A stretch of DNA of 64,000 nt from Pseudonocardiales bacterium (GTDB lineage: Bacteria > Actinomycetota > Actinomycetes > Mycobacteriales > QHCD01): the NCBI GenBank assembly GCA_003244255.1, contig QHCD01000067.1:2749-66748 (forward strand). The letters run 5' to 3'. The stretch's first letter is position 1, and every line of letters starts with the position of its first letter. This document shows positions 10,290-25,883 of this stretch, in pieces. The translations under genes were made by a program, and so were the position numbers. Below the pieces are notes generated by a model that had not been told where the DNA came from, ran no database searches, and saw only the letters and a program-made list of their open reading frames with translations.

Positions 10290-10796
10290 ATGAGCACCGA
10301 CGCTCGGATCGAGGAACCCCCTGACGGCGACGAGCGCGCCATCACGCTTGGCTGGCTCGCCTTCCATCGCGACGCCCTGCGAGCCAAGTGCGCCGGGCTC
10401 GACGACGCGCAGCTCGCCACCCGCGCCGCGCCGCCGTCGCCGTTGTCGCTGCTCGGCCTGGTGCGGCACATCACCGAGATGGAGCGGGTGTACGGCGCCT
10501 GGGCGCTCGGACCGACGTGCGAGCTGCAGTTCGTCTGGGGCGATTACACCGACGACGGACCGGAGTGGGACATCGACGCCGACGAGTCGATGGCGCAGGA
10601 GTCGATGACGGCGTGGGCGAAGGAGAAGCGGGCCGCCGACGCGGGGATCGCGGAGCACGCCGATCTCGCCTCGGTCGGCGCCGGCAACGGCCGGAGCCTG
10701 CGTTGGAACCTGCAGAAACCGATCGGTGAATACGCGCGCCACAACGGGCACGCCGATCTCATCCGCGAACGAATCGACGGCCAGACCGGAGAGTGA
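10290..10796 (+). CDS. DinB/DUF664 (mini-circle-like) protein
   Basis: SLLGLVRHITEME and EYARHNGHADLIRERIDG. Confidence 0.85.
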   Translation: MSTDARIEEPPDGDERAITLGWLAFHRDALRAKCAGLDDAQLATRAAPPSPLSLLGLVRHITEMERVYGAWALGPTCELQFVWGDYTDDGPEWDIDADESMAQESMTAWAKEKRAADAGIAEHADLASVGAGNGRSLRWNLQKPIGEYARHNGHADLIRERIDGQTGE

Positions 10797-10806
10797 GCAC
10801 CGACCG

Positions 10807-11841
10807 ATGACCATCCGGCTCTCCCTCGGCCACATCGACTGCTACGACGACCGGGTGGCGACGTTCGCACACCAGCTCGGGCTGTCCGGCGTGCAGTTCC
10901 ACACGCCGAACCTGCTTCCCGGTGAGAACGGCTACTGGAGCATCGAGGAGCTGCGCGCGCTGCGCGATCGCTGTGACGCCGACGGGTTGCGCATCGACGG
11001 CCTTGAGAACGTGCCGCTCGCGCACTTCTGGAAGGTCCAGCGCGGCGCGCCGGGACGCGACGAGCAGATTGAGAACTTCTGCACGACGCTCGCCAACATG
11101 GCCGCCGTCGGGATCGACCTGCTGGGCTATAACTTCACCGTCAGCTATGTCTGGCGCACCTCGATGGCGGCGCCGGGACGTGGTGGCGCGCTGGTGACGT
11201 CCTTCGACCTGGCCAGCGTCGGCAGCGGCAACGCACTCGCGGGATACCGGCTCACACCCGACGTCGCGGCGATCGAACCACTTGATGCGCAACGGATGTG
11301 GGAGAACCACCAGTACTTCCTCGACGCCGTGCTGCCGGTCGCCGAACGCTATTCGGTGCGGCTCGCGCTGCATCCCGACGACCCTCCTGTCGACCAGCCC
11401 CTGGGCGGCGCTGCGCGAATCTTCATCTCACCGGAGTCGCTGGTGGCGGCGCGCGAGCAGGCGCGGCGTAATCCGATGTGGGGACTGAACTGCTGCCTCG
11501 GGACCATCTCGGAGATGGGCGGCGAGGCCGCGGTGATGCAGGTGATCGACACCCTCGGTGCGGCCGGTGCGATCCACTACGTGCACTTTCGCGATGTGCA
11601 AGGAACGGTGCCGCAGTTCACCGAGTCATTTGTCGACGAGGGGAACTACGACGCCGCGGCGGTGATCCGTCGGCTGCACGACGTCGGCTTCGACGGGTTC
11701 CTGATCGACGACCACGTGCCGGCCATGATCGGCGACCTTGACACCTGGCTCGACACGTCGTCCGAGGCGTACTGCAGTCGCGGCCGGGCACACGCGCTCG
11801 GCTACCTGCAGGGTGTTCTGCATGCGCTGGACCTGCCGTGA
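10807..11841 (+). CDS. uxuA: Mannonate dehydratase-family protein
   Basis: GRDEQIE, YFLDAVLPVAE...LALHPDDPP, VHFRDV, F.ESFVDEG, DDHVP. Confidence 0.8.
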   Translation: MTIRLSLGHIDCYDDRVATFAHQLGLSGVQFHTPNLLPGENGYWSIEELRALRDRCDADGLRIDGLENVPLAHFWKVQRGAPGRDEQIENFCTTLANMAAVGIDLLGYNFTVSYVWRTSMAAPGRGGALVTSFDLASVGSGNALAGYRLTPDVAAIEPLDAQRMWENHQYFLDAVLPVAERYSVRLALHPDDPPVDQPLGGAARIFISPESLVAAREQARRNPMWGLNCCLGTISEMGGEAAVMQVIDTLGAAGAIHYVHFRDVQGTVPQFTESFVDEGNYDAAAVIRRLHDVGFDGFLIDDHVPAMIGDLDTWLDTSSEAYCSRGRAHALGYLQGVLHALDLP

Positions 11842-11849
11842 CGGCCCGT

Positions 11850-11871
11850 CGTCGGTGCCGGTCGCTACAGT
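11850..11871 (+). promoter_or_regulatory. PafBC/RecA-NDp-like promoter CGTCGG-N10-TACAGT
   Basis: One mismatch to TGTCGG-N10-TA-N3-T; ATG 7 nt downstream. Confidence 0.55.
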
Positions 11872-11878
11872 GCGGCTA

Positions 11879-12310
11879 ATGATTGCATCCACGATCAGCC
11901 TGGTGACGCTCGGAGTCGGCGACGTCACCCGCTCCACCGCCTTCTACCAAGCACTCGGCTGGCCGCTGTCGTCGGCGTCACAACCGGGTGTGGTCAGCTT
12001 CTTTCGGACGACGGGCGGCCTGCTCGGCCTGTTCGGAACCAGCGATCTGGCTGCCGACGCCGCCGCCGACGCCGTCGACCCAACGCCGCACTTCAGGGGC
12101 GTCACACTGGCGATCAACGTCGGCTCGCGCGAGGACGTCGACGCCGCGATCGAGTCGGCGCGCGACGCCGGCGCGCGGATCGGGAAGGAGCCGCAGGCCA
12201 CCGAGTGGGGCGGCTACCACGGCTACTTCGCCGATCCGGACGGTCATCTGTGGGAGGTCGCGCACAACCCGTTCTGGCCGCTCGCCGACGGGCTTCCACA
12301 GCTGCCGTAG
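11879..12310 (+). CDS. VOC (glyoxalase/bleomycin resistance) family protein
   Basis: ISLVTLGVGDV.RS.AFY, WGGYHGYFADPDGHLWEV. Confidence 0.92.
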   Translation: MIASTISLVTLGVGDVTRSTAFYQALGWPLSSASQPGVVSFFRTTGGLLGLFGTSDLAADAAADAVDPTPHFRGVTLAINVGSREDVDAAIESARDAGARIGKEPQATEWGGYHGYFADPDGHLWEVAHNPFWPLADGLPQLP

Positions 12311-12351
12311 GCGGCCACATGTCCCAGCTGCCGCTGGCGACGCCTGTCGGC

Positions 12352-14118
12352 TTATAGGTACTGGCCGGTGTTGGTGACGGTGTCGATGGACCGGCCGGTC
12401 TCGCCGCCCTTGCCCGAGACCAGGGTGCGGATGTAGACGATCCGCTCGCCCTTCTTGCCCGAGATCCGGGCCCAGTCGTCGGGGTTCGTGGTGTTCGGAA
12501 GGTCCTCATTCTCCTTGAACTCATCGACGCACGCCGCGAGCAGGTGCGAGAGCCGGACGCCCTTCTGCCCGGACTCGAGGAAGTCCTTGATGGCCATCTT
12601 CTTGGCCCGATCGACGATGTTCTGGATCATCGCGCCGGAGTTGAAGTCCTTGAAGTACAGCACTTCCTTGTCGCCGTTGGCGTAGGTGACCTCCAGGAAC
12701 CGGTTCTCCTCGCGCTCGGTGTACATCCGCTCGATCGCGTGCTGGATCATCCCGGCAACGCATGCCTCCCGGCTGCCGCCGTGCTCGGCGAGGTCCTCGC
12801 CGTGCAGCGGCACCAGTGGGGTGAGGTACTTGGAGAAGATGTCGCGCGCGGCCTCGGCGTCCGGTCGCTCGATCTTGATCTTCACGTCGAGACGGCCGGG
12901 TCGCAGGATCGCGGGGTCAATCATGTCCTCGCGGTTCGACGCGCCGATGACGATGACGTTCTCCAGGCCCTCGACGCCGTCGATCTCCGAGAGCAGCTGC
13001 GGAACGATCGTGTTCTCGACGTCGGAAGACACGCCGGATCCACGGGTGCGGAAGATCGAATCCATCTCGTCGAAGAACACGATCACCGGCGTGCCCTCGC
13101 TGGCCTTCTCCCTCGCCCGCTGGAACACCAGCCGGATGTGCCGCTCGGTCTCACCGACGTACTTGTTCAGCAGTTCAGGGCCCTTGATGTTCAGGAAGTA
13201 GGACCGGGCCGAATCGCCGTCCGTGCTCGGTTCCGCGTCGACGTCGATGTCGCCGCCACCTTGCACCGCGGCCACCTGCCGCGCGAGGGATCGCGCCACC
13301 GCCTTGGCGATCAGTGTCTTGCCGCACCCGGGCGGGCCGTAGAGCAGCACGCCCTTAGGCGGCCGCAGATAGTGCTCCCGGAACAGGTCGGCATGCAGGA
13401 ACGGCAGCTCGACGGCGTCGCGGATCTGCTCGATCTGGGCGCGGAGCCCACCGATGTCGGAGTAGTCGATGTCGGGGACCTCTTCGAGGATCAGCTCCTC
13501 GACCTCGGTCTTGGGGATGCGCTCGTAGACATAGCCCGACCGCGACTCGAGCAGCAGCGAGTCACCCGCCCGCAGCTTCTGCCCGGCCAGCGTGTCGGCG
13601 ACATGCACGATGCGCTCTTCGTCGGTGTGACCGATCACCAGCGCGCGATCGCCGCCGGCCAGCAGCTCCTTGAGCATGACGACGTCGCCCGCACGCTCGA
13701 ACTCGCGGGCAGCGACGACGTTCAGCGCCTCGTTGAGCATCAGCTCCTGACCGCGCTGCAACGCCTCGATCGGCACCGCCGGCGAGACCGCCACCCGCAG
13801 CTTGCGGCCGCCGGTGAACACGTCGACCGTGCCGTCGTCGTAGCCGGTCAGGAAGACGCCGTACCCGCTCGGCGGCTGCGCCAGGCGGTCGACCTCCTCC
13901 TTCAGCGTGATGACCTGCTCGCGGGCCTCGCGCAGAATCTGGGTGAGCTTCTCGTTGCGCTCGGTCAGGCTCGCGAGCCGCGCATTGGCGTCGGCGAGCT
14001 GCGCGTCCAGGGCGGGTCCGTGCGGCGGCGCCTGCTGGAGCCGGCGGCGCAGCATCGCGATCTCGCGCTCGAGGTAGCTGATCTGGGCGGCGAGGTCCTC
14101 TGCATTGGCGTCGTTCAC
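12352..14118 (-). CDS. arc: Proteasome AAA+ ATPase ARC/Mpa
   Basis: N-terminal coiled coil, [16 protein letters not shown]-terminal GQYL; start placed at GTG 14118 after an AGGAG RBS. Confidence 0.97.
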   Translation of the reverse strand: MNDANAEDLAAQISYLEREIAMLRRRLQQAPPHGPALDAQLADANARLASLTERNEKLTQILREAREQVITLKEEVDRLAQPPSGYGVFLTGYDDGTVDVFTGGRKLRVAVSPAVPIEALQRGQELMLNEALNVVAAREFERAGDVVMLKELLAGGDRALVIGHTDEERIVHVADTLAGQKLRAGDSLLLESRSGYVYERIPKTEVEELILEEVPDIDYSDIGGLRAQIEQIRDAVELPFLHADLFREHYLRPPKGVLLYGPPGCGKTLIAKAVARSLARQVAAVQGGGDIDVDAEPSTDGDSARSYFLNIKGPELLNKYVGETERHIRLVFQRAREKASEGTPVIVFFDEMDSIFRTRGSGVSSDVENTIVPQLLSEIDGVEGLENVIVIGASNREDMIDPAILRPGRLDVKIKIERPDAEAARDIFSKYLTPLVPLHGEDLAEHGGSREACVAGMIQHAIERMYTEREENRFLEVTYANGDKEVLYFKDFNSGAMIQNIVDRAKKMAIKDFLESGQKGVRLSHLLAACVDEFKENEDLPNTTNPDDWARISGKKGERIVYIRTLVSGKGGETGRSIDTVTNTGQYL

Positions 14119-14248
14119 GATGCCGTGCCCACCTCTCCTGCGCTCTTCGATCGGTGCATCCGGGCTGGCATTCACGCCTGAAATCAACCCTACACAGCGA
14201 GGGCGCGGTGCTGCGGTACCCGCCGATGCGATTCCCCGGACGGGCGGG

Positions 14249-16275
<2,027 letters not shown>

Positions 16276-16315
16276 CCCTCCGATGCTACGGGGGTCGGTG
16301 TCCTACGGTTGGGTC

Positions 16316-17032
16316 ATGCCAGTCGGTGTGGGCCCAGTCGATGCGGGCGGGTCGGGCTCGCTCACGACCGCGCCGGTCGCTCCGGGCCGATCCGGTCCCC
16401 GCCACCGCGCCGGCTCCCGCACGGCGGCCGATCGGCGGCACGAGGGGACGTCCGACGTCGAAATCGAGCAGTGGCAGCCGCGCGCCGTCATGCGGAGACG
16501 ACGTCGGCAGGCCAAGCGTCGCCGCCTGCTCGAGTGGCCGATCCTGGTCGCCGTCGCGCTGGGTGTCGCGCTGGTGCTCCGGACGTTCGTTGTGCAGAGC
16601 TTCTGGATCCCCTCGGGATCGATGAACGACACGCTGGTGCGCGGTGACCGCGTCATCGTCGACAAGCTCAGCTACGACCTGCACGGCGTCCGCCGCGACG
16701 ACGTCGTCGTCTTCCGGCGCCCGGCGAACGTGCAGATCTCCGAAGACGACCTGATCAAGCGGGTCATCGGGCTGCCCGGCGACGTCCTGCAGGCTCGAGA
16801 CGGCGTCGTGTCCGTCAACGGCACCGCTGTGTCGGAACCGTTCGTGCTCGGCTCCTGCGGTGGCACCGCCAACTTCGGGCCGGTGACGGTCCCCCGCGAT
16901 GACGTGTTCGTGATGGGCGACAACCGCTGCGATTCCTATGACAGCAGGTATTTCGGGCCCATCAGCCAGCAGCTGATCGTCGGGCACGCCGTCGTGCTGG
17001 TATGGCCGCCGGCCCGATGGTCCGGCCTCTAG
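16316..17032 (+). CDS. lepB: Signal peptidase I (start uncertain, 16316 or 16490)
   Basis: IPSGSM, IKRVIGLPGD, MGDNR.DS.DSRYFG. Confidence 0.93.
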   Translation: MPVGVGPVDAGGSGSLTTAPVAPGRSGPRHRAGSRTAADRRHEGTSDVEIEQWQPRAVMRRRRRQAKRRRLLEWPILVAVALGVALVLRTFVVQSFWIPSGSMNDTLVRGDRVIVDKLSYDLHGVRRDDVVVFRRPANVQISEDDLIKRVIGLPGDVLQARDGVVSVNGTAVSEPFVLGSCGGTANFGPVTVPRDDVFVMGDNRCDSYDSRYFGPISQQLIVGHAVVLVWPPARWSGL

Positions 17033-17114
17033 TGGTGCACCAGTGGCGGCTTCCACGTTGCGCCGCTGGCCGTCGGCGGCGAAGTGATCGGGCACGCGGC
17101 GGCATCGCCGATCA

Positions 17115-17240
17115 CCCGGTTGAGCAGCCGGGAATGTCCACCCCCAGACGCTTGTCTCTGCCCCGTCCCGTGGGGCAGAGTCGGGCTCTGGCCGCGCCCG
17201 GGGACAGAGACAAGGCGCGCGCACAGACGTGCTCCGACCG
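17115..17240. repeat. Dispersed REP-like palindromic repeat, intact copy
   Basis: CTTGTCTCTGCCCC...GGGACAGAGACAAG inverted arms with an internal CTCTGCCCC/GGGGCAGAG hairpin; homologous to 32206-32244 joined to 34780-34897. Confidence 0.8.
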
Positions 17241-17403
17241 CAGCGCGCGGGCGCGGCATGAGGGAAGGGGACCACCCGCCACGCGGGTGGTCCGCTTCGA
17301 TCGAAGCTGCCGCCGCGTAGTGGCCGCGCGGGGATGAGTCGCACCCATCCGCATTCGCGGCCCGGCGGCGCATTCGGCACGCACCAGTGCAGATCCGCAA
17401 GGT

Positions 17404-17425
17404 TGTCGGTGCACCGGCCTAGGGT
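17404..17425 (+). promoter_or_regulatory. PafBC/RecA-NDp promoter TGTCGG-N10-TAGGGT
   Basis: Exact match to TGTCGG-N10-TA-N3-T; ATG 17433 lies 7 nt downstream (leaderless geometry). Confidence 0.8.
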
Positions 17426-17432
17426 CAAGCAC

Positions 17433-18407
17433 ATGAGCGCGCCTGCGGCAGAGCCGAGCACCGACACGACGGATTGGACCGCGTCGGGCCTCGAACGTGG
17501 CCGCGGCGGCGACGGCGGTTCCGCGCGGGTGCCGGGGCAGGTGCACTCGCTCTCGCCGTCGCGCGCGAGCGACTTTAAGACCTGCCCCCTGCTCTACCGG
17601 CTGCGATCCATCGACCGCCTGCCCGAGCGGCCCAGCCCAGATGCCGTCCGAGGGACCGTGGTGCACGCCGTGCTCGAGCGGCTCTACGACCTGCCCGCCG
17701 CCGAGCGGACGCTCGGGGCCGCCGTCTCGCTGGTCGGTCCGCAGTGGCAGCGGCTGCTGGAGCTCGAGCCGACGCTGGCCGAGCTCTTTGGCGCCGACCC
17801 CGCCGACCCTGCCGACCCCGACCATCCCGATCGCGCCGACGAGAGCGCCTGGCTGGATTCGGCGCGGGCCCTCGTTGAGGGCTATTTCACGCTGGAGGAT
17901 CCGCAGCGGCTCGAGCCGGCAGAGCGGGAGTGCCTGGTGGAGACCGAGCTCGACGACGGTCTGCGGCTACGCGGCTACGTCGACCGGCTCGACGTCACGC
18001 CCACCGGCGACATCCGCGTCGTCGACTACAAGACCGGCGGCGCCCCCCGGGAGGCGTTCGAGGCCAAGGCCCTGTTCCAGATGAAGTTCTACGCGCTGGT
18101 GCTCTGGCGCAGCCGGGGGGTGATTCCCCGGATGCTGCGGCTGATCTACCTCAAGGACCGCGACACGCTCACCTACACGCCCGACGAGGACGAGCTGCGG
18201 CGCTTCGAGCGGACGCTGCAGGCGATCTGGGTTGCGATTACCCGCGCGATGCTGACCGAGGACTTCCGGCCGAGTCCCGGGGCGCTGTGTGCTTGGTGTG
18301 ACCATCAGGCGCTCTGCCCGGCGTTCGGTGGGACCCCCCCGCCGTATCCGCACCCCGAGCAGGACGCTGAAGCTCCCGCCACCGCGCCGCCAACCACTCC
18401 GGTGTGA
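17433..18407 (+). CDS. RecB-family PD-(D/E)XK exonuclease (Rv2119-like)
   Basis: LSPSRASDFKTCP, GYVDRLD, VVDYKTG, QMKFYA, CxxC...CP. Confidence 0.92.
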   Translation: MSAPAAEPSTDTTDWTASGLERGRGGDGGSARVPGQVHSLSPSRASDFKTCPLLYRLRSIDRLPERPSPDAVRGTVVHAVLERLYDLPAAERTLGAAVSLVGPQWQRLLELEPTLAELFGADPADPADPDHPDRADESAWLDSARALVEGYFTLEDPQRLEPAERECLVETELDDGLRLRGYVDRLDVTPTGDIRVVDYKTGGAPREAFEAKALFQMKFYALVLWRSRGVIPRMLRLIYLKDRDTLTYTPDEDELRRFERTLQAIWVAITRAMLTEDFRPSPGALCAWCDHQALCPAFGGTPPPYPHPEQDAEAPATAPPTTPV

Positions 18408-19026
18408 TGCCTGCGAGCGAGGCAATCAGCACCAGGTCAGGGCTATCCGGCAACGGCACCTCACTGGGCACGGCGACGACGACGCAGCCGGCGCCCTGCG
18501 CGGATGCCACCCCGGTGGGCGAGTCCTCGATCGCGATGCAGTCGGCCGGGTGGACGGACAGCTGCGCCGCCGCCGTCGTGTAGGACTCCGGGTCCGGCTT
18601 GTTGCGGGACACCTCGTCACCGCAGACGACGACGTCGAAGGTTCCGGCCGGCAGGTTGCGCAACGCCGCATCGGTAAGCACGCGGTGGGTCGAGGTGACA
18701 CAGGCCGTCGGATACCCGGCGGCCCGCACCGCCCTGAGCAGCTCACGCGCCCCCGGCTTCACCGGCATCCGCCCCGCGAACAACTCCGCCGTTCGTTCCA
18801 GCAGCCACGACTCGGTGGCCTCGCGCGACCCGGCGATACCGAGCCAGTCGTGCATGCGCTCGACCGTGCCGGTCAGGCTGACCCCGACCATCGCGCCGCG
18901 CTGCTCCGCGGTGAGCGATCCGCCGAGGTGTGCCGCAAGCTGCGCCAGGCTCACGTCCCAGAGCTTCTCCGAGTCAAAGATCGTGCCGTCCATGTCGAAC
19001 AGAACCGCCCGCACGGAATCCCCCAC
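18238..19026 (-). CDS. HAD-superfamily phosphatase
   Basis: FDMDGT, KPDPE, IEDSPTG; 3' end overlaps the convergent nuclease gene. Confidence 0.9.
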   Translation of the reverse strand: MGDSVRAVLFDMDGTIFDSEKLWDVSLAQLAAHLGGSLTAEQRGAMVGVSLTGTVERMHDWLGIAGSREATESWLLERTAELFAGRMPVKPGARELLRAVRAAGYPTACVTSTHRVLTDAALRNLPAGTFDVVVCGDEVSRNKPDPESYTTAAAQLSVHPADCIAIEDSPTGVASAQGAGCVVVAVPSEVPLPDSPDLVLIASLAGITPEWLAARWRELQRPARGADTAGGSHRTPGRAPDGHTKHTAPRDSAGSPRSASRG

Positions 19027-19143
19027 TATTCTTGGGCCTGCGTCACTCGGAAGCGTACGTGGTTCCCAGCGGGCACACCGTTCGGGCGGATGCGGATCCG
19101 GCCGCTGCCGCCCCGGCGTCGATGATGGCCAGCCGCCCCTTAG

Positions 19144-20845
19144 CCCCGGCTATTCAGGTCGGCGGCGAGGTTGGTCTTCGAGTGGTGAGTTGATCTTCGT
19201 GTCGGGGTTGGACGCGTTGGGGCGTGACTGTTGCCCGGGTTCGGTTCCCGGGTTGTCCGTAGCGCGGTCGCAGTGTCGGTGGCGGTGGTTCAGGTTTGCG
19301 GTGTGGGCAGGGCCTGCAGCCGCTTGAACGCGGTGGCGAGGATGGACGCCCACCGCCAGTTGCGGTCGATCTTGAGGCGTAGTCGTCGGCCGCCGCGCAC
19401 GAGTCGGGCCGCGGTGTGCAGTAGCCGGTAGCGCAACGTCTTGGGTTCGGCGCGGGCCAGTGCGGGCTGGTCGTGGAGCAGCATGGTCTGGGTCCATGCG
19501 AGCAGGTCGATCGCGATCAGGGCGCAGGCCAGCCAGGCGGCGTTGATCGCGAACAGCTTGGACGGGAACCGGCCCAGGCCGGTGTCTTTGCCGCACCGGA
19601 TGCGGTCCTGGACTCTGGCGTGGCAGCGGTGGCGCGCGTCGAGCCAGGCGTGCTGGCCAGCTGCGGTGTCGGTGGCGAAGCAGGTGTAGCGCCAGCCGTC
19701 GGCTTCTTCGATCAGGTCCAGCTGTGCGCCGGGGTGGGGTCGTTCGCGGCGCGCGATGATCCGCATGCCCTCGGGGTAGTCGGCGAACATACCCGCGGGC
19801 AAGACGCCGGTGAGTTCGGCCACCGCCGCGGACTCGCGCGGGTCGCCGTCGATGTCGATCGCATCGGTCCAGGCCCGGTCGGGCAGGGCAGCGATGGCGG
19901 CGTGCTCGCGGGCCGTCACGGCCCAGCCGACGGTGAATTCGCTGTGCACGCCGCTGTTAGGCGACGATCGGATGTGCGTGAGCAGCGCCCTGGAGGCGCC
20001 GGCGCCGTCGAAGCGGAACAGGATCGGGTAGCCGTGCCGGTGCTCGGCCGGGATCTGCGCCAGCGCCGCATCGATGACCGCGATGTGGTCCGCGGCGGTG
20101 TTGGAGCCGGCGTTGCCGGGCCGCAGCATCCCGGTCAGCGCCTCGTTGGTGTTGTCGCAGAAGGCCAGCACCGGATGGAACCCCCAGGTGAGCTTGAACG
20201 TCGCGGCAGCGTGTTCCTTGTCCGAGTGCGCGATCGTGATGGTGGCGTCCTCGTCGATCACCAGCACCGCCCGCCCGTCTCGAGCCAGCAGCGGTGCCCC
20301 GGCCACCAGCGAGGCCGGCAACGCCGTCCCGGTCGCCTCGGCGCGCTGCGCCCAGGCCACCTCCCGGGCAGCCGCACGAGCCTCGGCGATCGCGCTCAGA
20401 TCGGCGTCGTCGACCGCATCCAGGACTCGCCAACACCTCGAGTCCCAGGCCACCTGGCCGAACACACCGGGCTGATCCGCGAGTGACGCGATACCGCTGA
20501 TGCACCCACCGCCGTCGGCCATCATCACCGCCACATCGGTCAGCACCCGACCCGGATCGTGCGCCGTCTGCGCCGCGCGATCCGGGACGCGAACACCGCC
20601 CAGAGCTGCGCGGTCAACGTCGTGCGATCGCCCAGATCGGCCAACAACCGCGACCCGGCATCCGACACCACCCCGTCGCCGTCGGCGGATACCTGCACAG
20701 GCCGGCGGGTACGGATAGCCTTCACCTCCAAAGTGCCTCCCGGTTCGGTGATCATGGACTGTCGACAAGCCCACAATCCCCTACCGGACAGGCACTTTCG
20801 CTCATCTACACGCCGACAACACCAAACGATCTTGAAGCGTCAGGG
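19144..20845 (-). mobile_element. IS1380-family insertion sequence
   Basis: Imperfect terminal inverted repeats CCCCGGCTATTCA / CCCTGACGCTTCA around a DDE_Tnp_1_4-like transposase. Confidence 0.85.
19290..20725 (-). pseudogene. IS1380 transposase, frameshifted near 20580
   Basis: N-terminus VKA...VSADGDGVVS.AG is in one frame; HDPGRVL, IDEDAT, LRPGNAGSNTAADH, EPKTLRYRLLH are in another. Confidence 0.85.
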
Positions 20846-21187
20846 CCAGAGCCTCGATCTCCGACTCGTTGCGGATCTGGTCGGCGTCGTCGCTGGCGGC
20901 CGCCGCGGTGTCAGGCAGGTGGGACGAAGGAACCTCGCGAACAGCGCGGCGCCGAGCGTCACTGGCCAGCTGGTTGACCATCACCCGCCGGACATACCGA
21001 GGGCACGCCCCGGGTCGCGGATCCGATGCCAGGAACAGTAGGACTTCATCAGCGCCGTCTGGACGAGGTCCTCGGCTGCCCACCGGTCCCCGCACAGCAG
21101 CTAGGCGATCCTCAGCAAGTCCGGGTACGCGCGATCGGCGAACGCCGTGAAGTCGGTCTCCCGACGACGGGTGCGCGCCGCGGCCAT
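20846..21187 (-). pseudogene. SigE-family ECF sigma factor remnant, truncated at the IS1380 end
   Basis: FTAFA...LLRIA*LLCGDRWAAEDLVQTAL, then a frameshift to YVRRVMVN; no region 4. Confidence 0.8.
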
Positions 21188-21279
21188 GGTGCCCCCTTCC
21201 AGAACGCCGCCGACCTACTAAGACGCCATCGGGACGGAAAAGTATCGGTCCGGTCGACATTCGGGGCCGTGGTGCGGCT

Positions 21280-21407
21280 GGATCGCGTCGGCGATGCTCA
21301 TGCCGCCTCCGCGGGAAGGATCGCGTCGGCGATGCTCATGCCGCCTCCGCAGGAAGGATCGCGTCGGCGATGCTCATGCCGCCTCCGCGGGAAGGATCGC
21401 GTCGGCG
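21280..21407 (-). repeat. 38-bp tandem repeat (3 units plus a partial), MIRU-like
   Basis: GGATCGCGTCGGCGATGCTCATGCCGCCTCCGCGGGAA at 21280, 21318, 21356 and partial at 21394. Confidence 0.97.
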
Positions 21408-21411
21408 GGCG

Positions 21412-24966
<3,555 letters not shown>

Positions 24967-25021
24967 GACCAGCGAGCCTACCGGCGCGGCGGGCCACCGC
25001 CCGGCACGTACGCTGGGAGTC

Positions 25022-25876
25022 GTGCCGAGCCGCGAGGACCTCCCGACTCTCTCCTCGCCCGTCGTCGTCGGCGCATTCGAGGGCTGGAACGACGCGGGCG
25101 ACGCCGCAACCGGAGCGGTCGAGCACCTGGAGCTGATCTGGGATGCGCGTCCACTCGTCGCGCTCGACCCGGACGACTACTACGACTTCCAGGTCAACCG
25201 GCCCACCGTGTCGCTGGTCGACGGCATCACCAGGCGGCTGTCCTGGCCGACGACGCGGATCTCGCTCTGCCGCCCGGCCGGCGCCGACCGCGACGTGCTG
25301 CTGATGCGTGGCATCGAACCCAACATGCGCTGGCGCGGCTTTTGTGATGAGATCCTGGCGGTTCTCGCCGAGCTCGACGTGCAGAGCATCGTGCTGCTCG
25401 GTGCGCTGCTGGCCGATGCGCCACACACCCGCCCGGTGCCGGTGACCGGTAGCGCCTATGACGCGGCGTCGGCAGCCAGGTTCGCGCTCGAGCAGTCGCG
25501 GTACGAAGGACCAACCGGCATTGTCGGCGCGCTGCAGGACGCGGCGGTGCGGACCGGACTGCCCTCGATCACGTTCTGGGCGGCCCTGCCGCACTACATC
25601 TCACAGCCGCCCAATCCGAAGGCCACCGTCGCCTTACTGCAGCGGGTCGAGGAGGCGATCGAGATCCGGGTCCCGCTCGCCGGGCTGCCCGAGCAGACCG
25701 TCGACTGGCAGCGGATGGTCGACGACATGGCCGCCGAGGATTCCGAGGTCAGCGAGTACGTCAAACGGCTGGAGGAGAAGGCCGGCGCGGCCGACCTCGC
25801 CCACACCAGCGGTGAATCGATCGCCCGCGAGTTCGAGCGCTACCTGCGTCACCGCGGCCCGGCCGAGCCGACCTGA
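25022..25876 (+). CDS. PAC2 family (proteasome assembly chaperone-like) protein
   Basis: AFEGWNDAGDAA, YYDFQVNRP, GIEPNMRW, PHY...PNPKA. Confidence 0.92.
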   Translation: MPSREDLPTLSSPVVVGAFEGWNDAGDAATGAVEHLELIWDARPLVALDPDDYYDFQVNRPTVSLVDGITRRLSWPTTRISLCRPAGADRDVLLMRGIEPNMRWRGFCDEILAVLAELDVQSIVLLGALLADAPHTRPVPVTGSAYDAASAARFALEQSRYEGPTGIVGALQDAAVRTGLPSITFWAALPHYISQPPNPKATVALLQRVEEAIEIRVPLAGLPEQTVDWQRMVDDMAAEDSEVSEYVKRLEEKAGAADLAHTSGESIAREFERYLRHRGPAEPT

Positions 25877-25883
25877 CGCTCCC

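Noticed and set aside
17433-18407. RecB-like nuclease as Cas4 of a CRISPR or defence system
   Set aside because: It occupies the conserved Rv2119-like position near trmI/arc; no array or cas1
21280-21407. 38-bp repeats as a CRISPR array
   Set aside because: Units are directly abutting with no spacers, and there are no cas genes nearby
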